From: Methyloceanibacter sp.
GTDB lineage: Bacteria > Pseudomonadota > Alphaproteobacteria > Rhizobiales > Methyloligellaceae
Reading direction: 5' to 3'
Assembly (NCBI RefSeq): GCF_049590335.1
Contig: NZ_JBAWCQ010000016.1
Span: 1-52,187 of the forward strand
DNA length: 52,187 nt
A program made the translations under genes and the position numbers. Shown in pieces: positions 11,045 through 22,718 of the stretch. The number at the start of each line of letters is the position of its first letter. Within the stretch, counting starts at the first letter, position 1. The notes under the pieces were generated by a model, which was not told the DNA's origin, searched no databases, and saw only the letters and a list, made by a program, of their open reading frames with translations.

Positions 11045-12210
11045 TTACCCGACACGGATCACAAGCGTGCCGTCCCGCTCGAAAGGGCCAATGCCGTTCT
11101 GCGCGAGCACGGCCTGCAATCGATCGGCCGATCCGGCGTAATCGAATGTCACTGAGACGGCATGGGCGGATCGGGATGTGACCGCGAAATCGCGGAGCCC
11201 CTCCATCCGCTGAAGCCCAAATTGAATCTGCTGCAATCCCTTACGCTGAAGAACTCAATGACCGCGCCAACGCGGCCCAGAGCCGCCTCGTCCATCTCGG
11301 GCACCTGGTCCGGATAGAGCGACCCGCGCCCGAGCAACCCATCGGCGGCCTTATCGAACCCAGGATCGAGCCGCTTCTGCCAGCGCCGCTCGAGCGTGGT
11401 AAGCGCCAACCGGGCAACCGCGTCTACCGCCGCCTTCAGGTTGCGGCGTTCGACCGCAGCGGTGACGGTGGCATCGACCCTACCCACCGCATCCTCGCCA
11501 GCAAGACGGACACGAAAGAAGCCGCCCGTGATCTCGGCCGCGGCGATGACGAGACCGCCATAGCCATAGACGCTGCACAAATCCACATAGGCGTCCGAGT
11601 CGCCGGCCAGAGCCGCCCGGACCGTCTTTGCATCGAGCCCGTCGCGAGGTGCGGCCAGCTTCGCCGGGGCGACCCCATTCTTAAGACCTAAACCCTCCCA
11701 GGCCCCCCACCAGTCCGTGATCGCATCGTTCGCGACATCATCGCCTTCGAGCACCACCGGCAGGATTGAAATGGCCGACCCGGGCGCATCGACGAAAGGA
11801 ATGGAGCGGCTGATCAAGAGTTGTTGCACGGCGTCCGGATAGAACCGCACATCGAGGACGTCGATATAGCGGGTGGCGGAGGCCTTCTCACTCCGGATCG
11901 CAATGCCCGCCACAAGCCCTTCGATCACACTGTGGGAGAACGTGGGCAGGCTGACCTATGAACTGAGCGGCATGAGCCGGGCGAGCAGCGTCTTCATGGC
12001 CCGTGTCTCCGCCTCGGCCATGCCCTTCTCCCGCGCAATCACGGCATCCTTGGCCGTGACGTCCACATGGACCTCCGCGACATTGTAAAGGCTGGCGGCA
12101 GCAGCAAGCTCCGGACCTGCCAGCAAGGCAGCCCCCAACAGGGCGGCGCGACTCAATCTGGCAGAAAATGGCGCCAACCGCCTGAAACCTTTGCCTGACT
12201 GAAGTCCCAT
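11045..12210 (-). pseudogene. DUF2066-like exported protein, disrupted by an in-frame TAG (11956-11958) and a frameshift near 11236
   Basis: Signal peptide + LYNVAEVHVDVTAKDAVIAREK...LMPLSS*VSLPTFSHSVIEGLV (same frame across the stop). C-terminus continues in another frame (QQIQFGLQ..). Syntenic position divergent from purM. Confidence 0.75.
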
Positions 12211-12400
12211 CGACCGCTCCCCGGCCCGTCGCCGGACGTATTCGTCCGGAAACCTTCGCGCGACGATCAACACCCGGCCTTTCCGCCTCGAGGTCTCTTG
12301 CCTGTGGCGCCCGTGCCTGCCAAGAGTGTTATGACAGAATTCTGGAACATGCACCCCGCTTGGCCGCGGCCCCGAAATCTCAACGCTCACACGACCCGAC

Positions 12401-13486
12401 GTGCCCCACCCTTCCGACGTGTCCAAGCCCGGCGACAAGCCCCTGACCTATCGCGAAGCCGGTGTCGATATCGATGCCGGAAATGCCCTTGTCGACGCTA
12501 TCGGTCCCCTTGCCGCCAAGACCAAGCGCGCGGGCGTTCTCGGTAATCTCGGTGGCTTCGGCGGGCTGTTCGATCTGGCCGCATGCGGCTTCAAGGACCC
12601 GGTCCTGGTGGCAGCGACCGACGGGGTCGGGACCAAGCTGAAGCTCGCCATCGACACGGGGCTCCATGCCGGGATCGGCATCGATCTCGTCGCCATGAGC
12701 GTCAACGACCTCGTGGTCCAAGGCGCCGAGCCGCTCTTCTTCCTCGACTATTTCGCGACCGGCAAACTGGACGTGGGCGTGGCCGCCGAGGTCGTGGCCA
12801 GCATCGCCGAAGGGTGTAGCCAAGCGGGCTGCGCGCTGATCGGTGGCGAGACCGCCGAGATGCCCGGCCTCTATGGCGATGGCGACTACGACCTCGCGGG
12901 CTTCGCGGTCGGTGCCGTGGAGCGGGACGCGGTCCTGCCCCGCCCCGACCTGAAGGCCGGCGATGTCATGGTCGGACTGCCCTCCTCCGGTTGCCACGCC
13001 AATGGTTTCTCTCTTGTCCGCCGCGTCGTAGCCGCCTGCGGCCTCAGCTGGAGTGACCCGGCACCATTTGCGCCAGACGCTGCGCTCGGCGACGCGCTCC
13101 TCGCGCCAACACGCATCTATGTCCGCCAAGTGCTTGAAACGATTCGGGCCAACCCCGGCGCCGTGAAGGCGCTGTGCCACATCACGGGCGGCGGGCTGAT
13201 CGACAATCTGCCCCGCATCCTGCCCCCGACGCTCTCGGCCGCGATCGATGTGGAGGCCATCGGCATGCCGCCCGTCTTTGCCTGGCTCAAGGCCGAAGCG
13301 CGACTCGATGCGCACGAGATGTACCGGACCTTCAATTGCGGGATAGGCATGGTGGTCGCGATTGCACCCGACGATTTCACGCGTGTCCGTACCAGCCTCG
13401 GACCTGAGGCACTGCCGATCGGCACACTCACAGCGCGGGGCGACGGTCCGGCCGTCGTGCTCGGCGCTACGGATATCCCGGCATGA
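12401..13486 (+). CDS. purM: Phosphoribosylformylglycinamidine cyclo-ligase
   Basis: [40 protein letters not shown]. Confidence 0.98.
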   Translation: MPHPSDVSKPGDKPLTYREAGVDIDAGNALVDAIGPLAAKTKRAGVLGNLGGFGGLFDLAACGFKDPVLVAATDGVGTKLKLAIDTGLHAGIGIDLVAMSVNDLVVQGAEPLFFLDYFATGKLDVGVAAEVVASIAEGCSQAGCALIGGETAEMPGLYGDGDYDLAGFAVGAVERDAVLPRPDLKAGDVMVGLPSSGCHANGFSLVRRVVAACGLSWSDPAPFAPDAALGDALLAPTRIYVRQVLETIRANPGAVKALCHITGGGLIDNLPRILPPTLSAAIDVEAIGMPPVFAWLKAEARLDAHEMYRTFNCGIGMVVAIAPDDFTRVRTSLGPEALPIGTLTARGDGPAVVLGATDIPA

Positions 13487-14157
13487 GCACGAAGCGGCGC
13501 GTCGGCGTTCTGATCTCCGGCCGCGGCAGCAATCTGCAGGCGCTGATCGATGCCGCCAAGGCCCCCGACTACCCTGCCAAACTCGTGCTTGTGGTTTCCA
13601 ACGTGCCTGACGTCCAGGGCCTGACCCGCGCCGAGGTGGCCGGCATCCCGACCTGTACAGTCAATCACCGCGACTTCCCATCGCGCGAAGCCTTCGAGGC
13701 CGCGCTGGACGAGGCATTGGGCGGCGCAGGTGCGGAACTCCTCTGCAACGCTGGCTTCATGCGTTTGCTGACGGAAAGCTTCGTTTCCCGCTGGCTAAAC
13801 CGCCACCTCAACATCCACCCCTCGCTGCTGCCGGCCTTCAAAGGACTCGACACTCATGCGCGGGTCCTGAACGCCGGTGCAACGATAACCGGATGCACGG
13901 TCCATTTCGTGCGTGCGGCCATGGACGACGGACCGATCGTGGCGCAAGCAGCCGTGCCGATCCATGCGGACGACACTGAGGAGAGTCTCGCGGCGCGCGT
14001 GCTTGCCGCCGAACATCGCCTCTATCCTCATGCCTTACGGCTCGTCGCCTCCGGACAGGTCACCATGGACGGCGAACGCGTTGTCGGTATGCTAGAGGGG
14101 GCCGATGGCACCTACGAAGTTGCCCTTTTTTCGCCCCCGCTTCCGGGCAATTTTTGA
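13483..14157 (+). CDS. purN: Phosphoribosylglycinamide formyltransferase
   Basis: [31 protein letters not shown]. Confidence 0.98.
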   Translation: MSTKRRVGVLISGRGSNLQALIDAAKAPDYPAKLVLVVSNVPDVQGLTRAEVAGIPTCTVNHRDFPSREAFEAALDEALGGAGAELLCNAGFMRLLTESFVSRWLNRHLNIHPSLLPAFKGLDTHARVLNAGATITGCTVHFVRAAMDDGPIVAQAAVPIHADDTEESLAARVLAAEHRLYPHALRLVASGQVTMDGERVVGMLEGADGTYEVALFSPPLPGNF

Positions 14158-14437
14158 CCCTGTACTCAGAAACTTGGAAAAACACGCAAACAGACCCGCA
14201 AAACTTGACGCATCGCAAGACTGCGCGGCGCAAGGGCCCGTAGACAACGCAGACAAGCGGATGCTAGGAACAACGACTACTCAGTCGATCTCCGCAACAC
14301 TGAACCGCGTGCAGAAGATCTGCGCACGCGAACGTTGCCCGAGACCTAGTGCTGATCTTGCGGTTTGGCCTCAAGCCCTGTCTGGCACGCTTGGCCCAAC
14401 GGGAGCATTTGGCCCAACAATAAGAGGGATGGCGTAA

Positions 14438-15802
14438 ATGGCGGACATGACGGTCGCCTACTCCGCGTCGCACGGTCTCGGAGAAGAGCAAAGCATCTGG
14501 TTCAAGCTCTCGGCGCTTTTGAATCAAGAGAACCCCATGCAGGTTCTCATGGCGCTGTGCGAGAAGTACAACGGCGTCCTGCCGGTCAATCTCAAGAACC
14601 AGCGCATTGTTCTGCTGAGCGAACCTGAACACGCCGAGCGCGTCCTCGTGACGAACGCGGACAATTACACCAAATATTTCGACGGGCTCCGTCCCGTTTT
14701 CGGCCGCAGCATGATCACCATCGACGGTGCACTTTGGCAGAAGATCCGCGTGCCACAGCAGGCGGCCTTTCATCCGAAAATGTTCGAGGAATACTTCCCC
14801 TATCTGATGTCGGCCATCGACTCGAAGATGAGCCGCTGGAAGAAATTCGCCGAGACCGGCGAGACCGTCGAGATGGTGGAAGAGACCTGGACACTGGCTG
14901 CCGAGATGGTGTGCAAGGCTCTGTTCGATCGCGAAATGCCGTTCAACCCTCATTTCGTGTTCAAGCAGGTCAAGACCTACACCGACGTGATGAACCACAA
15001 GACCATGCGCCTGAAGAGTGTGCGCGGCGAGCTTGAGGAGATCACGGACGAGGATCCGGCCAAGGCCATGGAGATCTGGCACTCGGTCCCGGACGCGGTA
15101 ATTGGCGCTGACGTGATCGATCACCGCGATAAAACCCTGCTGACGGCGATGCTCGAGGCCGAGGCCGATCCGGATTTTCCGGAGTTCGACCATCGCCAGG
15201 TCATCGACGAAATGAAGCAGTACCTGTGGGCGGGAACCGAGACCACGGCGCTGACGCTCGCCTGGTCGCTCTACCTCCTATCGCAGCACCCCGAAGCGAT
15301 GGAGCGCGTCCGCGAAGAAGCGCACCGGGTTTGCGGCGACGACGATCCCGATTGGAGCCAGGTGCAGCAGCTCAGCTACACCCGCATGGTGATCCAAGAG
15401 ACCATGCGCCTCTATCCACCGATCTGGGGTTTGATCCGCATTGCTCAAGACGACGACGAAATCGCCGGGCACAAGATCAAGGCGGGCGACAAGGTTTCGA
15501 TGCTCTCCTATATCGCTCATCACAGCCCGAAATATTGGGAAGAGCCGGAGAAGTTCGATCCGGAGCGGTTTGCGCCCGAGCGTGCCAAGAAGCGGCGGAA
15601 ATATTCCTACCTGCCCTTCGCTGCCGGGAAACGCGCCTGTATCGGCGGGGCACTCTCGCAGATCGAAAACACGCTGGCGCTCGTCCAGCTCCTGCGCCGC
15701 TTCACACCCGAATATGTGGGGCCAACCCCGGCGAAGATCCGCGCGACCGTCACGCTCTGCCCGCAGGGCGGCCTGCCCTTCCGCATCCGCGAACTGAGCT
15801 AG
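14438..15802 (+). CDS. Cytochrome P450
   Basis: I-helix AGTETT, ExxR (ETMR), PERF, heme motif FAAGKRACIG. Confidence 0.95.
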   Translation: MADMTVAYSASHGLGEEQSIWFKLSALLNQENPMQVLMALCEKYNGVLPVNLKNQRIVLLSEPEHAERVLVTNADNYTKYFDGLRPVFGRSMITIDGALWQKIRVPQQAAFHPKMFEEYFPYLMSAIDSKMSRWKKFAETGETVEMVEETWTLAAEMVCKALFDREMPFNPHFVFKQVKTYTDVMNHKTMRLKSVRGELEEITDEDPAKAMEIWHSVPDAVIGADVIDHRDKTLLTAMLEAEADPDFPEFDHRQVIDEMKQYLWAGTETTALTLAWSLYLLSQHPEAMERVREEAHRVCGDDDPDWSQVQQLSYTRMVIQETMRLYPPIWGLIRIAQDDDEIAGHKIKAGDKVSMLSYIAHHSPKYWEEPEKFDPERFAPERAKKRRKYSYLPFAAGKRACIGGALSQIENTLALVQLLRRFTPEYVGPTPAKIRATVTLCPQGGLPFRIRELS

Positions 15803-15917
15803 TCACGGCTAAGAGCGTACGCATCTCAACGGTCAAAGGACCGGCTGAGCATAGCAAGCGACGCGCAAGAACCTTGCGCGTCGGAAAAAGCATCTCACAA
15901 ATGTAGGCGAAAGCCCC

Positions 15918-16340
15918 TTACCCGACGATCTCGCCCTTCTTAAAGCAGAGATCGATTTCGCGCTTGGCGCTTTCGGGGCTGTCGGACCCGTGCACGGAGT
16001 TGCGCTGCAGGCTAATGGCGAAATCTTTGCGGATCGTTCCCGGATCGGCGTCAACTGGGTTGGTTGAGCCCATGACCGTTCGGTTGCGCTTGATCGCGTC
16101 TTCCCCTTCGAGCACCTGAACCACGATGGGGCCGGAGGTCATGAATTTGACCAGGTCGGCGAAAAAATCGCGCTTTTTGTGCATTTCGTAGAATTCTTCG
16201 GCCTGCTTCTTCTTCCACCAGATGCGCTTCTGCGCGACCACCCGGAGGCCCGCGCCTTCCAGGCGCGCGACGATCAGCCCTGTAATATTGCGCTCGGTCG
16301 CGTCGGGCTTGATGATCGAGAGCGTGCGTTCGATGGCCAT
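15918..16340 (-). CDS. ndk: Nucleoside-diphosphate kinase
   Basis: [14 protein letters not shown] start, [19 protein letters not shown]. Confidence 0.97.
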   Translation of the reverse strand: MAIERTLSIIKPDATERNITGLIVARLEGAGLRVVAQKRIWWKKKQAEEFYEMHKKRDFFADLVKFMTSGPIVVQVLEGEDAIKRNRTVMGSTNPVDADPGTIRKDFAISLQRNSVHGSDSPESAKREIDLCFKKGEIVG

Positions 16341-16503
16341 AGCCGTAAGTCCTTCTAGTCTCTGATTCTTTAGTATTTTTGTATCTCGGCCGGGCTTATA
16401 GCCATCGGTCATGATGGCCACAAGGCGCGGGCGTTAAAATCAATTGGTGTGTGATATGAAAGCCCCAGATTCATTGCCCAGATAACGCAGTGAGGACGTA
16501 CCG

Positions 16504-16854
16504 ATGCTCTATGCCACGATCAAGGTTCTTCTGACGAGCGTTCTTGTGGTCGCAGTCTCCGAAGCCGCCAAACGCAGCACCCTATTCGGCGCACTGATCG
16601 CCTCGATTCCACTGACCTCGGTGTTGGCCATGATCTGGCTCTATGTGGACACCGGCGACACGGAAAAGATCGCGCGCCTGTCCACGGGAATCTTCTGGTT
16701 GGTTCTGCCCTCGCTCGTGTTGTTTCTCAGCCTGCCCATCCTTTTGCGGACCGGCCTGGATTTCTATGCAAGCCTGGCGGCCTCGATGGCCCTCACGGTC
16801 GGCGCCTATTTCGCGATGCTCTACATCCTAGGGCTTGCCGGTATCGAAATCTGA
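16504..16854 (+). CDS. Small membrane protein, DUF3147-like
   Basis: RBS GAGGA; SEAAKRS..GALIASIPLTS motif; about 4 TM helices. Confidence 0.75.
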   Translation: MLYATIKVLLTSVLVVAVSEAAKRSTLFGALIASIPLTSVLAMIWLYVDTGDTEKIARLSTGIFWLVLPSLVLFLSLPILLRTGLDFYASLAASMALTVGAYFAMLYILGLAGIEI

Positions 16855-16875
16855 CGATCCAAGCACTGATTTGGA

Positions 16876-17337
16876 TTAGGCTTTCTTCTGCCACCGCCCG
16901 CCTTCGTCCTGCTGCCAATAGCTCACCGTGAGTCCCCGCTCTTTTGCCACCGCCCACGCCTCCCGGGCGCGCACAACGGCGTCTATATCGTGACCGTCGA
17001 AGATATGGACCACGCGCGCGTAGTCGCCCACCACGTCCAAGCTGGCACCGTCCACCAGGAAGCGGACAGCCGCATCATTGGGATTTGTATCGCCATCGGT
17101 CAGGTAGACAGGCTGTGCGTCCGGGGTGCCGTCGGCGTCGGCGCCATGGGGCAGGAAGCTCTCCTCGCGGTAGGTCCAGAGTAGCATGTTGAGGGCCTCG
17201 ACCCGCTCCGGGCTCGATGCCTGAACCACAGCCCGCCAGCCCCGATCCAAGGATCGCTCCAGCAGCGCCGGCAAGACCTGCTCCAGTGTGCGGCTCTCCA
17301 AATGATAGAAGAAGACCTCCGTCTCGCCACTCATCAC
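16876..17337 (-). CDS. holC: DNA polymerase III subunit chi
   Basis: [30 protein letters not shown]. Confidence 0.93.
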   Translation of the reverse strand: MMSGETEVFFYHLESRTLEQVLPALLERSLDRGWRAVVQASSPERVEALNMLLWTYREESFLPHGADADGTPDAQPVYLTDGDTNPNDAAVRFLVDGASLDVVGDYARVVHIFDGHDIDAVVRAREAWAVAKERGLTVSYWQQDEGGRWQKKA

Positions 17338-18704
17338 GACTTGGCCTTCACATACGGATTGTTGCCTTTGCGCAGGTTGAAGCGAATAGGCACGCCCGGC
17401 AGATCGAAGGATTCGCGTAAGCCGTTCACGAGATAGCGGACGTAAGAATCCGGCAGCGCCTTGGGCTGGGAGCAGAACGCGATGAACGTCGGTGGCCGGG
17501 CGTTGGCCTGGGTCATGTAGCGGATCTTCAGGCGGCGCCCGGAAACAGCCGGCGGGGCATGCGCATCAATCATAGCGGCAAGCCAATCGTTCAGAGCGGC
17601 GGTGGGCAGGCGCCGGTTCCACACCGCGTCCGCCGCGAGCACAGCATCCATGAGCCGGTCGACGCCCTTGCCGCTCTGGGCTGACAGCGTCACCAAAGAC
17701 ACGCCCCTGACCTGGGGAAGCAGGCGCTGACACATCTCGCGCAGTTCGGCGAGACGAGCCTGCTTTTCCGAAACGAGATCCCATTTATTGATGGCGATGA
17801 CAAGCGCACGGCCTTCGCGAGCGGCGAGGTCGGCGATCTGCAGGTCCTGTTTCTCGAAAGGCTTTTCCGCATCGAGCAGTAACACCACGACCTCGGCGAA
17901 CTTGATCGCTCGCAGCGTATCGCCGACCGAAAGCACTTCGGCGCGCGCATCAATCCGCGCCTTGCGCCGAAGGCCCGCCGTGTCGAACACGCGGAGGCGG
18001 CGGGACCCCCAAGCGATCTCCGATGCGATGGCGTCGCGTGTGATCCCCGCTTCCGGACCCGTGATCATGCGGTCCTCGCCAAGAAGCGCGTTGACCAGCG
18101 TGGATTTGCCCACATTGGGCCGACCCGCAATCGCAATCCGCAACGGATAGACGCCATCTTCGTCCGGCTCGCCTTCCTCGGCCCCGCCATCCGGCGCAGC
18201 TTCTTCTTGGGCGCTGCGATAGGCCTCCGCGATCGCATCGATCACATCGCCGATTCCAAGTCCGTGTTCGGCGGACGTCGCAAAGGGCTCGCCAAGACCC
18301 ATTGAAAACGCCTCGTAATACCCGGGCTCGGCGGCCCGCCCTTCGGACTTGTTGGCCACAAGCACGACGGTCTTGCCGTGCTTGCGCACAAGATCGGCGA
18401 AGATTTCATCGGCCGCCGTAACGCCGGTCCGGGAATCGATGATGAAAAGGACGAGTTCTGCCTGCTCAATGGCCGCTTCGGTCTGCAGCCGCATGCGCGC
18501 GGTGAGCCCGTCATCGCCGGATTCCAGACCCGCCGTATCGATCAGTGTGAGCGGGCATCCCTCTAGGACGACCTCCACCTCGCGGCGGTCGCGTGTCAGC
18601 CCCGGCTGATCGTCGACGAGCGCGAGCCTTCTGCCCACGAGCCGGTTGAACAGCGTGGACTTGCCCACATTGGGGCGTCCGACAATGGCGACGGTAAAGG
18701 GCAT
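17334..18704 (-). CDS. der: Ribosome biogenesis GTPase Der (EngA)
   Basis: Two GTPase domains (GRPNVGKST x2, DTAG x2), KH-like C-terminus. Confidence 0.98.
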   Translation of the reverse strand: MPFTVAIVGRPNVGKSTLFNRLVGRRLALVDDQPGLTRDRREVEVVLEGCPLTLIDTAGLESGDDGLTARMRLQTEAAIEQAELVLFIIDSRTGVTAADEIFADLVRKHGKTVVLVANKSEGRAAEPGYYEAFSMGLGEPFATSAEHGLGIGDVIDAIAEAYRSAQEEAAPDGGAEEGEPDEDGVYPLRIAIAGRPNVGKSTLVNALLGEDRMITGPEAGITRDAIASEIAWGSRRLRVFDTAGLRRKARIDARAEVLSVGDTLRAIKFAEVVVLLLDAEKPFEKQDLQIADLAAREGRALVIAINKWDLVSEKQARLAELREMCQRLLPQVRGVSLVTLSAQSGKGVDRLMDAVLAADAVWNRRLPTAALNDWLAAMIDAHAPPAVSGRRLKIRYMTQANARPPTFIAFCSQPKALPDSYVRYLVNGLRESFDLPGVPIRFNLRKGNNPYVKAKS

Positions 18705-18807
18705 GAATGCGAGATCGCGGAGTCCGGTGTTTCAGGCCAACGAAGACAAGCGAAGGAACACAAAAAAGGCAGGCAAACAAGAACCGCCGGACCAAGACGA
18801 CGGTGCG

Positions 18808-19566
18808 CTAGTTGGTAGTCGATGCGTCCGTCTTGGTGTCGTCCGCTTTGGCGTCGTTTTTCTTGGTTTCGTCCGATGTGGGCTCATCGGTGCTGGACCC
18901 GCCTTCCGTGGCGGTCTGGCTGAGAATGAGGGCAAGCATCACGTTGGCGCGGTCGCGCATATTCCGCGGCGTTCCCCCATCGACCAAGAGCGCGCTGAAC
19001 TGGTCCTCGGCGGCTTTAAAGTCGTCGTGCTGATAGGCCGAGAGCCCCAGCAGCTCGCGCGCGGAATAACGCCAAGCGCTTTTCCCGTTTGCCAAACCGT
19101 CGAGGCGCGTCTGCATTTCCGCATAGTCTGCCGTGTCGAGCCGAAGCGTGGCCGCCTGAAGTGTGGCAAGCCCCTTTAGAATTGGATCGACCCGGCGCTC
19201 CTTGGCCAGCGCCTCGTAGGCTTCGACGGCCTTATCGGTCTCGCCGGCCTTGGCCTGGCTCGATGCGAGCTGAAACCGTGACAAAACGCGATAGCCGGAC
19301 GGGCCGTCCTTGACGAGCCTTTCGAACACCTCGTTCGCCTTGGCCTGATCTGCGCCGCTCTCGAATGAGAGGGCGGTCGAGAATTCATCGCCTGCGGTCT
19401 CGGCCGCGCTCTCTTTCAGGTAGGTCCAGATATTGTAACCGACGACGCCGATAATGAGCGCCAGGGCGAGAACGATGACGTAGATACCGAACTTGTCCCA
19501 AAGGGCCTTGTACCGCTCCTGACGAACCGCCTCGTCGACTTCGCGAATGAAACTGTTGTCGGTCAT
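18808..19566 (-). CDS. Membrane-anchored TPR protein (YfgM-like)
   Basis: MTDNSFIREVDEAVRQE..LW, single TM, helical repeats; upstream of der. Confidence 0.85.
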   Translation of the reverse strand: MTDNSFIREVDEAVRQERYKALWDKFGIYVIVLALALIIGVVGYNIWTYLKESAAETAGDEFSTALSFESGADQAKANEVFERLVKDGPSGYRVLSRFQLASSQAKAGETDKAVEAYEALAKERRVDPILKGLATLQAATLRLDTADYAEMQTRLDGLANGKSAWRYSARELLGLSAYQHDDFKAAEDQFSALLVDGGTPRNMRDRANVMLALILSQTATEGGSSTDEPTSDETKKNDAKADDTKTDASTTN

Positions 19567-19752
19567 GTGGTTAAGAGCTCTTTCGGCTTTCGGAACGGCG
19601 CGCGGGCGCGGGTGAACGGGCACGGCTGTAGAACCCGGGCGAACGCCCGGCTTAACCCACGCCGTATAGTGAAGGCCGCTAGTTCGCGCAAGGCTGAATG
19701 CCACCGGCCGGCCGCGAGCCCCCGGGACGCCCCAGCGCGACCTCCTGGGCTA

Positions 19753-20610
19753 TCAGACTGAAATTTTGACTTTTTTGGGCGCTGAGGGCACTTCATCCAG
19801 GGTCGAATAGGTATGTTCCTCGGCCGGAAAGGCACCCGCGCGGACGTCCCGCGCATAGGCTTTCACCGCTCCCTCCACCGCGGATCGGAGCTCGGCGTAC
19901 TCCTTGACGAATTTCGGCACCCTCGGGGCGAGCCCAAGCATGTCCTCGAGCACCAGGACTTGCCCATCGCATTCGGCCGACGCGCCGATACCGATCGTGG
20001 GGATCGGCACGTCCTTGGTGATGCGTGCGGCGAGCGCCTCGGCAATAGCCTCGATCACCATGGAGAACGCGCCTGCTTCGGCCACTGCGCGGGCATCGTC
20101 CTCGAACCGGGCCCATTCGGCGCGGCGGCGCCCGCGGGCCGCGAACCCGCCAAGCTGATTGACTGCCTGTGGCGTCATGCCGATATGTCCCATCACGGGA
20201 ATACCGCGCGCCGTCAGATAAGCGATGGTCTCGGCCATCTGCACACCACCTTCGAGTTTAACGGCGCCGCAACCCGTTTCCTTCATGAGGCGGGCCGCGC
20301 TCCGGAAGGCGACGGCGGGGCTCTCCTCATAGGAGCCGAACGGCAGATCGACCACGACGAGCGCCCGCTCCGAGCCGCGCACAACGGCCTGAGCATGCGC
20401 GACCATCAGATCGAGTGGCACGGGCACCGTGGTCTCCAGGCCGTGGAACACCATGCCTAGCGAGTCGCCAACCATGAGAACGTCCACATGGGGATCGACC
20501 AGCGCGGCCGTCTGAGCGTGGTAGGAGGTCAGCACCACGATGGGCTCACCGCCTTTGCGTGCAGCTATGTCCGGCGCGGTGATGCGCTTGATGTAGGTCT
20601 GATGTGACAC
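19753..20610 (-). CDS. panB: 3-methyl-2-oxobutanoate hydroxymethyltransferase
   Basis: [41 protein letters not shown]. Confidence 0.97.
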   Translation of the reverse strand: MSHQTYIKRITAPDIAARKGGEPIVVLTSYHAQTAALVDPHVDVLMVGDSLGMVFHGLETTVPVPLDLMVAHAQAVVRGSERALVVVDLPFGSYEESPAVAFRSAARLMKETGCGAVKLEGGVQMAETIAYLTARGIPVMGHIGMTPQAVNQLGGFAARGRRRAEWARFEDDARAVAEAGAFSMVIEAIAEALAARITKDVPIPTIGIGASAECDGQVLVLEDMLGLAPRVPKFVKEYAELRSAVEGAVKAYARDVRAGAFPAEEHTYSTLDEVPSAPKKVKISV

Positions 20611-20705
20611 AGGCCCTAACCTCGCGAATTTTCGTTCGTGCGACCCGTCTTATGGCAGACATATAGGCATCTGTGCAGCGCAAAAACAGTCCGCCGCAGG
20701 CGCCC

Positions 20706-21278
20706 TTACATCGCCACCACCGGCTTGCCGATCAGAAGCGGGTGCAGCCAGATCAAGAATACCGCGTAAAAGACGAGCCCCAAGATCACCGCGATGATGT
20801 CGTTACGCGGGCTCCCCGGCCCTGGCGTCTCGATCAACTCCGTGGGCTGGCGGTGTTTCAGCGCGATCCGGTCATAGACTGCATAGGCCAGGAACGACCC
20901 GAACAGGATGATGCCCGCAAGATCGCCATTGGCGAGCAGATGGGCGAGCGCCCAGGTCTTGATCGCGGCCAGCATGGGATGCTTCACAACCGCCTTGATG
21001 CGCCCCGGCACATAGGACGCGACCAGAAAGATAAAGGCAGGAAGCATCAGCAGCATCGCCACGTGCCGCATCCAAGTTGGGGGCGTCCAAATGGGAATGA
21101 TGGGCGCCTTGGCGAAACCGTAAACAAGCAGCACGAAGCCGAGAATTGAAAACACCGAGAACGCGGCCCTGTAGCCGTTCGCTCCCAGCCTCTCGATCAA
21201 CCGCTCGCGCAGACCCCCGAACGTGGGCAGTAGGTGAATACCCAGAAACACCACGATCCCGATGATAAGCAGCGCCAT
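20706..21278 (-). CDS. nnrU: NnrU family membrane protein
   Basis: FLGIHL, KHPML..K.WALAHLLANGD, WLHP.LIG; adjacent to panB. Confidence 0.88.
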   Translation of the reverse strand: MALLIIGIVVFLGIHLLPTFGGLRERLIERLGANGYRAAFSVFSILGFVLLVYGFAKAPIIPIWTPPTWMRHVAMLLMLPAFIFLVASYVPGRIKAVVKHPMLAAIKTWALAHLLANGDLAGIILFGSFLAYAVYDRIALKHRQPTELIETPGPGSPRNDIIAVILGLVFYAVFLIWLHPLLIGKPVVAM

Positions 21279-21488
21279 AGCGAACCTCCCTCAATCTCGC
21301 GGGGACACTATCATGCTGGCTTGGCCGACGCGATGCGCGGATCGTCCGGGATGTTGCTATGCATAACCGCAGCACTCCATCAGTAGGCTGAGTTAAGTCA
21401 GCGTTCCCAGGGTGACGGCATGACTATCGAAAGCGCAGATTAGACTGCGCAGGTTCAGACTGTGTATGGCGCGATGATCAGGATCGGC

Positions 21489-22499
21489 TTATCCAGAACG
21501 GCAGATCGGCAGAGGACGCGGTGGTGGGCGCGGGCGCGCCTTTCGATACCGGGCGATGATCGGCTCCAGCTTTTCCTTCGGCCAGAATTTGGGCGCGCCA
21601 ATCTCCCGTAAGCATCTGGCATTCCAGTAGAGCCCCGCGCTAGACGGCTTCTGGCGGGACTTCAAGGCTTTCGCGACCGCTTCGATGTCGCGCGACTCCG
21701 GATAGATATAGACCGTGGTCGGCTGCTCCTTGATCATGTCCACAATCAGTTCCGAGTCCTCCGGCGTCCAACTGGTACAGCCATTGCTGCGCCCAGAGCT
21801 GTAGTTCAAGAGCCGGCCATAGGGCACGTAGCCCTTCTCGTTTGCATAGGGGCTGTCCGGACGCTTACGAAGACACAAGCCCCGCAAGAGCACGGCCGAA
21901 TGCCCGCCAATAGCGCGTTCGCGCGCGTTGGCCGTATCGCCCTCGCCCTCGAACTGCACGAAGGCGCGCACCAGCGGCACGGACTTGCCGCGAGTCCGGT
22001 AGTAGCCTTTGAACGAGGTCCGCGTTTCGGCCGTCACATAGCCGCCGCCGGTCGTCAACTTGGAGCCCTCGGCGTTGCTGAAATTCTTCGCGCAGCGCTG
22101 GCCGTTCGCGAAATTGGCGCCCGGTAGTCTCCGTCCGTTTCCGTAGCCGGACGAAATCGCGCGGAAAGACATATCGTGTTCGCAGATGATGTAGAACCGG
22201 CGCGCTACGCCGCCGCTGCCCGCAACGCTGGGCCGCGTCGCATCCATGGCGAAATAACAGGGATGCTTAGCGGAACCCTCCACGACCTTCTGCATGTAGA
22301 GCGCCCGCGCCCTCTGCAGGACGATTTCGGAAATCTGCCCGTCGCCATCCCCCACATGGCGCTGCAGCCATGGCGGAGTGGCTTCGAAGTGCTCGTCGGC
22401 AAGCGCGCGGGGCAGCTCAAGCAATGCAGCCAGTGCGGCGGCGCTTACAATAGCCAGTAGACTGACGACCCTCCGGCGGCGAGGAATCAATCTCACCAA
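21489..22499 (-). CDS. Murein L,D-transpeptidase catalytic-domain protein (YkuD_2-like), exported
   Basis: RBS AGGAG before TTG 22499; Arg-rich signal; FSN.EGSKLT, IGGHSA...GRSNGC catalytic His/Cys motif. Confidence 0.75.
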   Translation of the reverse strand: MVRLIPRRRRVVSLLAIVSAAALAALLELPRALADEHFEATPPWLQRHVGDGDGQISEIVLQRARALYMQKVVEGSAKHPCYFAMDATRPSVAGSGGVARRFYIICEHDMSFRAISSGYGNGRRLPGANFANGQRCAKNFSNAEGSKLTTGGGYVTAETRTSFKGYYRTRGKSVPLVRAFVQFEGEGDTANARERAIGGHSAVLLRGLCLRKRPDSPYANEKGYVPYGRLLNYSSGRSNGCTSWTPEDSELIVDMIKEQPTTVYIYPESRDIEAVAKALKSRQKPSSAGLYWNARCLREIGAPKFWPKEKLEPIIARYRKARPRPPPRPLPICRSG

Positions 22500-22718
22500 T
22501 TGTAGTCTCCTATTGAATCGTTCGCCTTTCGATTCTGTGCGGAAAAACGCCCCTATTGAGGCGTTTTGCTGACGCGAATCGGACACGCAAGACAACCGAC
22601 GCTAATCATAGACGATAAAACCTCAGTGTAACCCCTGCGCCTTGCGCAGGGTAGATTTCGGTGGAGTTCGCTCGTTTGACTGAAGCGCGCGGGCCCGAAA
22701 TCAGACCTGCGTCAGAAT

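Noticed and set aside
11956..11958. In-frame TAG as pyrrolysine or programmed readthrough
   Set aside because: The same gene also has a frameshift, and no pyl genes are present; simple decay or sequencing error is more parsimonious
18705..18807. No bamB between the yfgM-like gene and der
   Set aside because: Absence of bamB at this locus is common in Hyphomicrobiales; no remnant seen
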